Under the pieces are notes generated by a model. That model was given only the letters and a program-made list of their open reading frames with translations. It did not search any database and had not been told where the DNA came from. Below, piece by piece: positions 12,268-24,399 of a stretch of 64,000 nt of DNA (positions are counted from its first letter, which is position 1; the number at the start of each line of letters is the position of its first letter). The DNA lies in contig NC_068981.1 of NCBI RefSeq assembly GCF_001194135.2, forward strand, positions 12,233,532-12,297,531. The letters run 5' to 3'. This stretch comes from Octopus bimaculoides. Taxonomy: Eukaryota. The translations under genes and the position numbers were made by a program.

Positions 12268-12600
12268 CCCCTCCCTCATAAGCTCATCCCACCTCACCCC
12301 ACTCCTACTCTACCTTCCCACCCCACCCCATCAAATTCCTTACACCCACTCCAACCTCTGCCTACCCACATACTCCTACCTCAACCCCCACCCTCAGCCT
12401 AACCCACACTCCACCCATGCTTTCCCCACTCTCGCCTCCCACACCTTCGCCTTCCCCACCTCTCAACACCTTCACATCACACCACACATCACTTCACAAC
12501 ACACACCACGCACACACTACAACTGACCAAGTCATCCCCTCCCCATTTTTTCACACCTACATACACACATACATACGTCAAGATTACCAGCATTCTCTCT
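12268..12600. repeat. C-rich low-complexity block
   Basis: CCCAC/CCCT-rich run with almost no G on the + strand, next to a gap. Confidence 0.8.
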
Positions 12601-12619
12601 CTCACACACACATACAGCT

Positions 12620-12880
12620 CCTCGTATTTGGGTCACCGTTTCTTTCCCCTTTTGTTATCTCCCTTTTTTCTTAGCTCTCCTGCGTGAAGTTTCTGGCCGA
12701 CAGTCGCCATTCAATTTTTCTCTCCGTGTTTTTCTCCTTATTTTCTCCGAATTCTTCCTGTTGAAGAACGTAGCTCGAAACGTTAAAGACTTTCTCTATT
12801 CCTGAGGGTTAAATTAATACATCCTTTTGTTGTTTACACCACCTGTCCTCATCTGTGGTTGTTTTTTTCGCAAATTCTCC
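12620..12880 (+). mobile_element. Penelope pseudo-LTR/retrozyme-like short repeat carrying a hammerhead relic
   Basis: Pyrimidine-rich repeat containing the hammerhead-like motif at 12753-12789. Confidence 0.55.
12753..12789 (+). ncRNA. Type I hammerhead ribozyme-like relic, CUGUUGA core variant
   Basis: TCTTC-CTGTTGA-A-GAAC-GTA-GCTC-GAAA-CGTT-AAAGA: partial stems I and II, GAAA, and a palindromic AACGTT stem III. Confidence 0.55.
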
Positions 12881-12881
12881 C

Positions 12882-12914
<33 letters not shown>

Positions 12915-14115
12915 TTATAACTACAATCACGGTTCCTAGCTCGATCATTCTCTAATATTATTATCATTTTTCTTTTATTATAAAATTGTCTAAACTTTTA
13001 TTATTAAAGGAGGTGATAATACTAAAGAAATTTTTAGATAGAGAAAAACCTATTCTAATCCTTTTATTATTAATTATTTTATAATATTTATGTTTGTATA
13101 GATATGTATATATTGGAGTTTTCTCATCTCAATATATATAATAACTTAATTTGAAAATCAATTATTAGTGGACCAATTCTGAATTGCTTCATTTTAGTGC
13201 ATATTCTTGTAGTCACTGTTAAATTTATCATTGTATTAACATTTAATGTTTATTACATATCACAAATAAGATGTCTTCCTTATGCTAAATGAATATGTGT
13301 ATAAATGCACTTATTCAATTTATTAATTAATTGATGATAATCATAATAATAATAATGATAATAAATATTTTCCTTTGACTTACTAAATAAATTTAATAAC
13401 CAAAATAATAATCATTATAATATTGTATAGTTTATGAATTGTATTCTTATTACAACAATGTTGCTTGTTACTTCTGAAAGTATTAATAGAGTTTGGATAT
13501 GCACTATATATGGTCCTTTAGTTTGTAAACAATAATATTGATTAGTTCATCGAGAATAGTCCTTAATACTTTTACTAAATTCTCACTTCCATAATATACG
13601 AATTATTTAAGTAACTTCAAATCTGGTTACCCCTAAAGAATTACTCAATTTGATTTTCATTACTATAGCCTATATTTCATTACTATAGTACTATATGGGG
13701 TACTTTGTTTATCACATTACAGCGTTAGGTTTATACTAATGTTTATTACAGAATTCTCCCTATGATAAATTAAGTAAACAAGGGAAACTTTTATTAGGTT
13801 TCTATTCATATCTATTACAGAATTATCCCACAGATAAACAATAAATATAGAAGATTATTATTAGTTAATTAAAACAATATTTTTTTTATATCAATTAATT
13901 TAAATAAATAGAAAAGTTGTCGTATTGGAGATATAATTGTTTATATATTTTTTGTTACAGTTCTAGACAGGAGAAGACTTAGATACTTAATTATACACAC
14001 ATATATTTACCACTCTTATTGTTGTGGTGACGAGGGACTCACTTGGACATGAACGTGTTTCGATTGTTATGTGTTTGAGATTGTTATATATTGTAATGAA
14101 TTACATGTACCGACA

Positions 14116-14158
14116 TTATGATGGATGGGGTCTCTGAGACCCCAGAAGCAGCTGTTGC
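14116..14158 (+). ncRNA. Hammerhead ribozyme-like relic
   Basis: TGATGGA, then perfect inverted repeat TGGGGTCTC-T-GAGACCCCA (14126-14144), then GAAG and palindromic CAGCTG; the core is degenerate. Confidence 0.5.
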
Positions 14159-17100
14159 ACTTATAGCACCTTTCTTCGAGCCTTTTAATTTTCTCTGTCA
14201 TTTGTACACCGTGTATGTCGGACATATTAAAATTTATAACTATATATCTATACTTAAAACATCATCTAAAAGTCTACTCATTTTGCTTTGTCTTCATTTG
14301 AGAGTATGCATATCATATATACATATTTTCTATGTCTTACCCAAACTGTTATATTTAATTTATTTAATACATGTAATATATTTCATGTATCTAATTTGTT
14401 TATCTGCATAGTTACATATGTATACATGCGTACAAACGTATAAGCGCACGTGAGTGTGAATATGGTTATATTCTAAACTAGGTCTGTCTGATTGTTGTAT
14501 TGTGTTTATTCTATTCTGATCACATATTTATCTTATGTTTTATTCTCACTATGCCTTATCAGTGTATTTCATTTCCTTCTATTTAAGAAAAAAAATGTTT
14601 TTCCCTTACTCTCTATTGCTTGGCGAGAAACAGTATGCTACACTAACAAAAACATTTTGTTAATAAAATAAGAAAAACAAAAAGAAAAAGCGATCAATAT
14701 TCCTTTCGAAAAGTCACCTGCTACGATGCATCTGCGCCTATGATGAATGAAAATGGATTGTACATCATCTCACCTGTGCATGATCAGTTGAAATTATCGC
14801 AGTGGTTCTGAATTGAGTCTTGGGAATTCCATTTTCTCTCATAATTTTTTTAAATATAAACTCTGCGGACACAAAGGAATTTGTGAAGTAAATCAAGTGT
14901 CATATATCTTACTATTGCTGTTGACTTCACGTCGCTGCATCCTTTAGATGTGTTGTAAACGGCATACTACAAGGTGTGCAAATGATTATAAAACTACTAC
15001 TATGCATGTATGTTTATATATATTTGTGTGTGTCTATGTTAGACGAAATACTGCACTGTTCACCAATACACATATATGTTCATTGGCAATCTTATAATGT
15101 ATATGTATTTGTCTACGTGTGTTCCCGTGTGTACACGTACGTATTTGATCTACTATTTTTCAATGGTTACTGAATGTTACATATACGTTTGTGTGTGTTT
15201 GTGAGTAGGTGTGTGCATATCTAGACTTGTGCCTATGTGTGCGTGTGTGCTCGTATAATTGCTGCAGATTTAGACGGTTAAAGGGTCACTTGGCTTATTT
15301 AGAGAATTTCTTGACTCTTGCAAAAATGCTAATACCTGTGCGTTTCTCCACATATATTACATATCTCAGACACAAGTAAATAGACACATGAATATGAGCA
15401 TTCAAAGGAAAGCAGTGATTTATTCAGTAACGTCCAAAAATTAATTTCCTACAGATATGTTGTAAAATATATACGAGTAATTTACAGGATGTTTAATCAT
15501 ATCGAATTTAAAACCATACTTCAATGAGAAATATTTTCTTCATAAACTGAAAATATCTTGTCCTGTTACCATACATCGACACATGAATATCGTCTGAATG
15601 AATTTATAAATGTTTTATAACCCTATCCATACAATCATTTTTCTTGCAGTTAATTGAAAGGAAACGAAGAGCTTCATAGCATTTCTCTTTCCCCTCTTTT
15701 AATTCTGCATTTTGTGCACATTCTTTCCAAATGGTTAGAACTCAGTTTGCTATAATCAAACAATAATCACTCTTTTCATTCTTTCTTCAAAATTTAATTT
15801 TCTTTATTCCTCATGGATTTTAGATAATGGTGACCTTTTGTGAATTACGCTTGAGCCTTACCAATGATATGAACAATGTATGTAAAAGAAAATATGCACT
15901 CGCAGTATTTCCATTTGCATCGTAGTATTCATGGTTTATTTCCTTAAAGACATAGCATTGTAATGTATGTACTTTTTGATACAGAATTTGAAACGATTCT
16001 ACTTCACCTCTGCATTGATGTCTACAGACGCTTTGAGTCTATAAAAGAAGATTATCACATTCAGTATTTTCAACATACACAGGTAAGTAGTCGGAGATGC
16101 GAATATTAAATGATGTAGGAGATAACATGCTGGAAAGCAATATGCAATACGTATTTCTCATTATTTCTTAACACTTATGTTCATATCACATAGTTACTAA
16201 CAAAATATATAATTTATGATCATTTATTCGCGCTACGCGGAGAAATTACTCAGCATATAGTTCTTTTCATATTACGTTATATTTGCTACACCTTGATAAT
16301 GTCATGCGCATTTCATAGAAACCAAACTTTATAATTAGCGTTTGGAGATTACAACACTATTTCCTTGTTGAATGTCAAATTGAATTTGTAATAGACCGTG
16401 GATATAACTGAAATAGCCGCTCGTGTAGAAGAATTTGTTAAGTTAACATTTTACTAGTGTAAAGAATCAATAATGAACATCAGTGTTAATGTGCACATAC
16501 GGGTTTCTACATACATTTTATAGTATGTATTCAGAGTACGATTATCTTCAATCATCCTCCTTTCAGTATATTACAACTGGTGCAGTACTGATATGGTACT
16601 GATGATCAGCAGACTCTAAAATATTAAAGAAAGAGACGTTTCTATAAAAAACAATTCCCGAGCATCAATAGGCACTACAAAGCATAACTTCATATTAATA
16701 AAATAAATTTGTAAATATAATTATTGCTGAAGTCCCTTCCGTAACTGAGTAGAGTGCTTCATCAAGCAGAAATATGTTGAGTTGCCCCGCTATTTAGTAA
16801 TTAAGAGACACATGAGTATAATTATTTTATAGTTTAGCAATTAGGCTATTAATTATTTGACAATTTTTGCACATGACTCCAGTTTTCAAGAAGCATCAAA
16901 ACTTTCCCCTACCAATCCGATATAAATCAATTACGGTTTTCAATTTCACAATTCAACAGTATGCACAACCCTTAACGGATCCAAAGCTGTTGTTTTATCG
17001 ATCGGAAGTTGTGTACATGCACACACGGCTTATAGTACAGGCGGTAATTTATGACCTCTTTCCCATCGAAAATGGTGATACGAGATATTCATTGAGAATT

Positions 17101-17765
17101 GATAGATCTTTAGTTGCGAATATTTCAATAACCTCTGGAATTTAGAAGCATTTAATGAACATAAAATACAAAACACTATTAATGATAATCATAACCTGTA
17201 TACTTGGAAGTTTGATCTAATAGCACGCTGCATGAAAATGTTATGAATTAAGAGCAATTGATATCTAATTGGTGAGTCGGCATCATATCTTATGAATAAT
17301 CTTGACACAATCCTTGGAAATATTTTTTGGTATCAATGGTAGGAGAGTCATTTTATTTTAAAATTGGTCTGATACGAATTTGTAGGTGTAAAGAAGATTC
17401 GAGATTTACAGTGAAACTGCGTATAATACAGAGCAAACATGCAGTTGATATTTATTAGCTGTTTTAGATGTAAAACTTCCTTCGTCATCGGTGTTATTTG
17501 CTGTTTTTAAGCATCAGACGTTAGATATACAAACATATATCGATGAAATTAGCAGAAGAATTGATATTAAAAATATATTATGAACGAATGTCATCCTTGT
17601 GTCATAGGAATACAAATATTTTTCAGGAGAATACGCGGTAACATTTGCAGTAGGGATCGCGTGAAATGGTTTGTTACTAAGAGTAAAGACATGTACAAGT
17701 CTCCGCTTGATGAACATGCAGCAAACGTTCAGTGAAGCACTGACTTGATAGTGAATAAACATATT

Positions 17766-17975
17766 CTTTTCTACTCTAAGCACAAGGCTCGGAATTTTGG
17801 GAGAAGTAGGGCAGTCGATTAGATCGACCCCAGTACACAATTGGTACTTAATTTATCGACCCCGAAACGATGAAAGGCAAAGTCGACCTCGGCGGAATTT
17901 GAACTCAGAACATAAAGGCAGACGAAATACCGTTAGGCATTTCGCCCGGCGTGCTAACGTTTCATCCAGCTCGCC
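17766..17975 (-). mobile_element. tRNA-derived SINE, well-preserved copy
   Basis: Head GGCGAGCTGG..CGTTAGCACGCCGGGCG (A box-like), GAGTTCAAATTCC (B box) and central CCTTTCATCGTTTCGGGGTCGATAAATTAAGTACC domain. Confidence 0.9.
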
Positions 17976-18174
17976 ACCTTGTGAATAAACATATTATAAG
18001 AGGAATGCTGTGTTGCGAAGGCAAATTACATCGTAATCTTACATGACACAGACTCAACTTAAGTCATCACCAATAAAAGAAGAAATGTCTGGCATAGAGT
18101 ATAAAATCAAGTTACACAGAAAAGTGGATGTACACATATACATATACGTATCAGCCCACCCACCCCCACACAAA

Positions 18175-18305
18175 TACATAGATACATAGATACATACATG
18201 CATACATACATACATACATCCATCCATCCATCCATACATACATATAAACATACATGTATGGATACATACACACATACACACACACATACACACACACACA
18301 CACAC
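18175..18305. repeat. Compound (TACA)n/(CATC)n/(CA)n microsatellite
   Basis: Directly visible. Confidence 0.9.
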
Positions 18306-18809
18306 AGAGGTTATCATACATTTTATAGTCAATGATCATTATTAAATCTAAGAAGCTCATTGATCTTCTCTGATTGAGATTATAGATTTTTACAAAATGC
18401 AGACAACTACAATTTTCTACAATCGAACTAGAGAACTCCACTCTCTTCCGATTAGAAATATAGATTTACATACCTGAATATTTTCTCTACAAATTAACTC
18501 CCATTAAACATTGTTAATTCCAATTCTAACAAGCTAAAGAAGACAAATCTTCTCACGCTTTCTTCAAAAAAGTTTTTTTCTCGTTCATTTCTTGTTTCTC
18601 TTCTTTTCCTTTCTTTCCTTTATTCTCATTTTTACTTGCCTCATCTCAAAGAGCAGCCATATTCATATATCTATATTGAATGAGGGTGAATTTTAGTAGT
18701 TCACACCTTGTGTTTATCGAATAATATCGTTATATGTATCTTTGTATGTATCTATGTGTCTACACACACATACACATATGTACTAATACATACCATACAC
18801 ACACACACT

Positions 18810-18862
<53 letters not shown>

Positions 18863-18984
18863 GTATATATATATATAGATATAGATATATATATAATTAC
18901 GATTTAGTTGAAGTTAGATGAATAAAAATCAAATAAGTAACAACGATATATTTCAATATTTAAGAGATTTGGAATTATGTATAT

Positions 18985-19146
18985 TATTTACATTATTTAC
19001 ATTATTTACATTTGACGTATATTTGTCTTAGGGATGAGAACCCAGATTCGAAATTTCCCCAAGATACTTGATGAAGGCTGGAGAGTATATCAGCCAAAAT
19101 GTTGTGTTAACAACAAACAAGGTGAGGACAAATATCCGTCAAATGT
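18985..19146 (+). mobile_element. Short Penelope-type repeat with terminal inverted repeats enclosing a hammerhead relic
   Basis: ACATTTGACGTATATTTGTC (19008-19027) matches the reverse complement of 19127-19146 at 19/20; preceded by TTTACATTA tandem copies. Confidence 0.7.
19063..19108 (+). ncRNA. Type I hammerhead ribozyme-like relic
   Basis: GATAC-TTGATGA-A-GGCTG-GAGAGTATAT-CAGCC-AAAA-TGTT-GTGTT: perfect 5-bp stem II and a wobble stem I. CCAAAATG is the CpG-decay product of CCGAAACG. Confidence 0.65.
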
Positions 19147-19716
19147 CCTCTGTCACTCTAAATTGTAATAGGCTTTATATATACATTTTTATCCTAAATT
19201 AATTCTTCCACAAAACGTGTAAATTCAAACAATGAAATTATTTTAGTCTCATGTACTGATGAAATTATACTAAAAAATAATGGTTTATCCTTTATGATTA
19301 AAATATATGTTGTCGTCCGGGTCCGAGGAGAGCGGATTATTTGAAACTGATGTAATGATTTCATTGATCGATTAAATGGAGCCGTTTGAAATGACCGTAA
19401 TTCACTGATACCTGCACATCTTTGTTACTTATTTGCATNNNNNNNNNNNNNNNNNNNNNNNNNNNNNNNNNNNNNNNNNNNNNNNNNNNNNNNNNNNNNN
19501 NNNNNNNNNNNNNNNNNNNNNNNNNNNNNNNNNNNNNNNNNNNNNNNNNNNNNNNNNNNNNNNNNNNNNNNNNNNNNNNNNNNNNNNNNNNNNNNNNNNN
19601 NNNNNNNNNNNNNNNNNNNNNNNNNNNNNNNNNNNNNNNNNNNNNNNNNNNNNNNNNNNNNNNNNNNNNNNNNNNNNNNNNNNNNNNNNNNNNNNNNNNN
19701 NNNNNNNNNNNNNNNN

Positions 19717-19759
<43 letters not shown>

Positions 19760-19809
19760 CATACAAATATACATATATACTCTATATATACACACACACA
19801 CACAGAGGA

Positions 19810-20330
19810 ATTTGAGTCATAATATTTGAATTCAACTAATCTGGTGGTATTCATAGAGTCAACAACCAGAGACGTACATTTACTATACCCTACGGACTCC
19901 ACAAAATATCTTCCATTCAATTCGTGCCATCCGAGGCATATCAGAATGACACTTGCAACCTAACCAATAGGCTTTGTACAATAGAATGTGACACAAACAT
20001 CCGTGACATAAGAACCCAACATTGAACTACATTCTTCTTATTAGGAATTACTCGCTTACCTTAACCGATAATGTAATTCAACGAGCCCAGAAATTTAGTA
20101 TCGAGGAACTTATAAAATCAATACTAAGAAATAACTCGAAAGCAATGTTCCTTTCCTACATCGCCACTTACATTGTCAGAAACAATGAGGTCTATAACAT
20201 CATGTTCCATAACATAATTAAAATAGACCCCTGGATGAACCAAATCCTCCAGAGTTACACCACCAGAAAGAGTAAAAGACAATCAAAAGATAAACGAAAA
20301 AAATACTAACACAGTTTAAACTCCATACAA
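19810..20330 (+). mobile_element. Penelope-like element relic (RT thumb and linker)
   Basis: YPTDSTKYLPFNSCHPRH and FLSYIATYIVRNNEVYNI..DPWMNQIL..KSKRQ resemble the Penelope RT C-terminus. Confidence 0.7.
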
Positions 20331-20613
20331 CAAAACACAAGCAAAAAATGATCCACTCTTATAAGACACACGTGTTATATGTCTTAACTTGATATAAGGA
20401 TCAGAGATCCGTATTAACCGGGCAGTTTATTTGAGTAAATTAATCGAGGCATCTGAAAGTCTAATCTATGAACTATGCATTTCGTCAAATTGCATATTAA
20501 CAGTCGGGAATAAAACAATATATAACTCAGTGATCATATAAACATATGCAGGTATGAAATAACGCAACTGGCTCTGACATCTATACATCATATCAATATT
20601 AACATCAGTATGT

Positions 20614-20832
20614 GACGGGGAATGGCAGAATAGTTAGCACGCAAGGCAACATGCTTAGCCGTATATCATCCATCAAATTCTGAGATCAAATTCCGACGAG
20701 GTCAGCTTTGCATTTCATCATTACGTTTTCGATTAAAAAACAAAAATTAAAAAAAATACGACCTGAGCATTGCGGTCGGTGTATTTGACTTAAACCGACC
20801 CTCAAAATTGCTAACATCGTGCCAAAATTTGA
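20614..20832 (+). mobile_element. tRNA-derived SINE, degenerate
   Basis: TGGCAGAATAGTTAGCACG..GAGATCAAATTCCGACGAGGTC; same family as 17766-17975. Confidence 0.8.
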
Positions 20833-22022
20833 TGCAAAATTTAACATCAATAACTTCTCGCATCAATAAAAAAATCAATATATGTAGCAGTACAAATTCG
20901 CAAATGTAATGTGGGATATCGAATTGTAAGAGTCTAGCTACGACCTACTTGCCTCTGAAAAAAAGAAAATGTAAGACTGGCAACACGTTATTTAGAAAGA
21001 AACTAGCAATAAATATAATAATATTACATAAATTGTTACTTACATTTGAAAAACAACCTCGAACACAGGCGCTACTTCTGGATCTCAAAAGTCCCGCTAA
21101 GGATCCGTCGAATTTTATTTTGTGAGGCTGATTACTAAATCATGGTTGGAGATGAAGGAAATACATTCGCCAATAAGGAAATCAAAAAAAGTCTTTATAT
21201 GTTAGTGTTATTGTAATCAGAATGATACACGATGAACGATATTCTGAGATAGATATACGTGAGGTAAATTTTGCAAGATGCACTCGCATCAATATACATG
21301 TAATTGTATTGTTTCTTTCTTATAAGACTAGCGATAGGACGTGGTATATCTGATTGTTTGTTATCAGTATAAGCAGCTGTCTCGCAATGCAAAATATAGG
21401 TAATTTGTTTACATAAAATCTACATCCTACATTTTGTTCAAATGAGTTTCAAATATAATGTTCTGTAGCATGTGTCACGTATCTAAATACGTTGTCCCGG
21501 AAAAGAAATATGTTATCAAAGTTTGCTTGGAAATATATTGATTCGTAGCCGAGATATAACATTTCAAACAAAAGCGCTCATTTTACAAGTTTAAATCAAT
21601 TTTAAATCAAATACTAATTATTGGGGGTACTGGGATATATAACTCACGGCATAATTACCATTCGTCAGAGATGAAGCTTTTCAAAAGCAGAAAGGAAAAA
21701 ACTGACTCGAAGACTACAAATCCAAGCCATCACTGGAGCTGAAGAAAATCTGTAAAACTTTCCAGAAGTTTATCATTTACGTATATAAGTGCATGTTTGA
21801 TATGCATCTATATCCATCAGAATACATACATAAAACAAAACATACAAATAGGCGTATACACTACCTCTTCACATATACACACATGCATGCAAAAATGCTA
21901 TTTTTGCCTATGAATAAACATTGGATCAATGTTTATAACCGACACTTTTTGTATTGGCAAGAAGTCTTAGAATAAAACTGAAGAATGACATACATACATA
22001 CATACATACATATATTCATACA

Positions 22023-22056
<34 letters not shown>

Positions 22057-22661
22057 CATATATACATACATATGTATGTCTAATTCCTCATCTTAGGACT
22101 CAAAGCCTCATATGTCCACACACATTTAAATCTGCTCGCTGGCGATGCGAATTCTACTATCAAATTAACAATAATATAACCATCTATGTGCCTAAACATA
22201 ATATCATATTACTCACAATTTATGTTGCACATCGTCTGACATTATATATTGCGTCATAATCAAATTGCGTGACCTCCTTCACACAGGGTAAACAGGCTGC
22301 TGCCTTGCTGATTCCCTTCGGGAACATATACTAAGCATACTTCTATGGCCAACCTGTCGCCAATCACTTCAGCGTTATAGGTGATTGTATCACGCATTTA
22401 CCACTCAAGGAAATGGAGGGAACAACGTTTTACTTTCGAAGGCGATATCATATCAACGACATATTTCGCTCTCGACCTTTCCTGTTATTCCTCATTCCAT
22501 CCTATTCCCATCTTCGTTCCTAGTTTGATTATTCTGTTAAGTTCCTCTCATCTATGAAGCTGACGTATTCTTGCGATACTTGCCAATTGCATTTTTTTTT
22601 TTTAATCAGTGGCTATACCACATGCTGTGTATCATTAACGTCTCTCCTTTTAATTGTCCTC

Positions 22662-22688
22662 CTGAACGAGGACTATGTCCCAAACGTT
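22662..22688 (+). ncRNA. Hammerhead ribozyme-like relic
   Basis: CTGAACGA-GGAC-TAT-GTCC-CAAA-CGTT: perfect stem II and palindromic AACGTT; one core insertion and G12 changed to C. Confidence 0.55.
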
Positions 22689-22906
22689 GAAACTTCTACT
22701 GCTCACGGTAAGCACACAGTAGTCTTTTCATCAATTTTATTACATAATGTGTTGCAGATGCTGTACACCAGGATTATTGGCAATTGCGTAATTATATATA
22801 GAGAGAAACACACACATATTTTTTTCATTTTCTTTCAAAATGAAACCACATGTGAATCGTTGGCGATTTTTTTCCTCTGCCTTCCTTTTCAGTTGTACTT
22901 TCCTCC

Positions 22907-22941
22907 GTTTCTGAAGAAGAGCTTTGCTAGAAACTTTAAAC
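22907..22941 (+). ncRNA. Type I hammerhead ribozyme-like motif, best preserved in the window
   Basis: GTTT-CTGAAGA-A-GAGC-TTT-GCTA-GAAA-CTTT-AAAC: canonical CUGANGA and GAAA, stem I GTTT/AAAC; two substitutions (stem II closing pair and stem III). Confidence 0.7.
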
Positions 22942-23050
22942 CATGATTCTTCCCTTCCTTGAGCCTCTCCTAATACTTCACATGTACCACGTCCTTGCGT
23001 TGTTGTTTTTTGTGTTTGTTCTTCGTTTTTTTGGTGGGGGGGGGATTTTC

Positions 23051-23122
<72 letters not shown>

Positions 23123-23329
23123 CATATATATCGAATTTCATTTTGTTTACGTTTTGTATCGTCCTGTGCTCATATATGCATATATAAACATATTTATCAC
23201 AGTATGTAAATATATGTATATATATATGCCTATATATGTATTTTATTTATATTATTATATGATTGAACGCCACGCATCCATTTCAAAGTAAGTTTATCTT
23301 AATAATTTTTATGCGACTCTCTGTACTGT

Positions 23330-23900
23330 TTTCTCGCTCTCTCTCTCTCTCCCCTTTCATTTTTCTCTTTCCTTTCTCTAATATTTTTTCTCCCTTTCTC
23401 TCCCTTTCGTTTCCCCTCTCATCCTTTCTCTAATTCTTTTTTACTCCCTTCACCGTTTTCTATCTATTGCCCTCTCTCTCCCTCTTTCTCTTCCTCCTTT
23501 ACTCTCTTGTTGCTCACACGTGACCATCGTCCATCTTTTTTCGACACGTGTTCATCTTTGTTATTCTTGTCCGTATCCTCTCCTATCTTTTTTTCTGTGA
23601 AATAAAGTTCTTCAGCGTTCGCCACCTTGCCCCGTCTGGCTGATCAGGCCTCATAATTTGTTTCACTGTCCTGTTTTTGTTACCAATTTTGACCCTCCGC
23701 AAAATCCCAAATTTTATTTTGGTTTGCGGGAGCAACTGTTTCCTCACAGGCACATGTTGTCCTGAATTGCTCTAAATGTGGAGAAGATAAACAACCAACA
23801 ACTGATGAAGGGTCGTTCTTTATGTTACTTGTCTTTTATAACATTTATTTGTCTCGTTGTTCGCAAAAAAGCTTTGTCTTCTTCGTATTTCATGTTTACG
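23330..23900. repeat. CT-rich tract followed by an unclassified dispersed-repeat-like block
   Basis: Polypyrimidine run, then a block with a layout similar to the other Penelope-type UTR repeats; the class is not established. Confidence 0.35.
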
Positions 23901-24399
23901 TTTTGTGACGTTCTATACCCATATATGCATATAATACATACATACATACATACATACATACATGTACGTACATACTGACATATATATATATATATATNNN
24001 NNNNNNNNNNNNNNNNNNNNNNNNNNNNNNNNNNNNNNNNNNNNNNNNNNNNNNNNNNNNNNNNNNNNNNNNNNNNNNNNNNNNNNNNNNNNNNNNNNNN
24101 NNNNNNNNNNNNNNNNNNNNNNNNNNNNNNNNNNNNNNNNNNNNNNNNNNNNNNNNNNNNNNNNNNNNNNNNNNNNNNNNNNNNNNNNNNNNNNNNNNNN
24201 NNNNNNNNNNNNNNNNNNNNNNNNNNNNNNNNNNNNNNNNNNNNNNNNNNNNNNNNNNNNNNNNNNNNNNNNNNNNNNNNNNNNNNNNNNNNNNNNNNNN
24301 NNNNNNNNNNNNNNNNNNNNNNNNNTATATATATATATATATATATATATTGTTACGAACGGAACAAGATATATTCAGATAATCTCTTATTCGTTCGAC

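Larger units (their letters stand above)
22310..23040 (+). mobile_element. Penelope-like 3' end (endonuclease C-terminus plus pseudo-LTR with two hammerhead relics)
   Basis: GQPVANHFSVIG motif followed by hammerhead-like motifs at 22662 and 22907. Confidence 0.6.

Noticed and set aside
17900-17975. tRNA gene
   Set aside because: A and B boxes belong to a SINE head; there is no cloverleaf and the SINE body follows.
21668-21698. GATGA-AGCTTT..AAAGC-AGAAA
   Set aside because: The short AT-rich stem could be chance; no stem I or III.
23801-23870. CTGATGA motif resembling a hammerhead core
   Set aside because: No closing stem II followed by GAAA at a workable distance.
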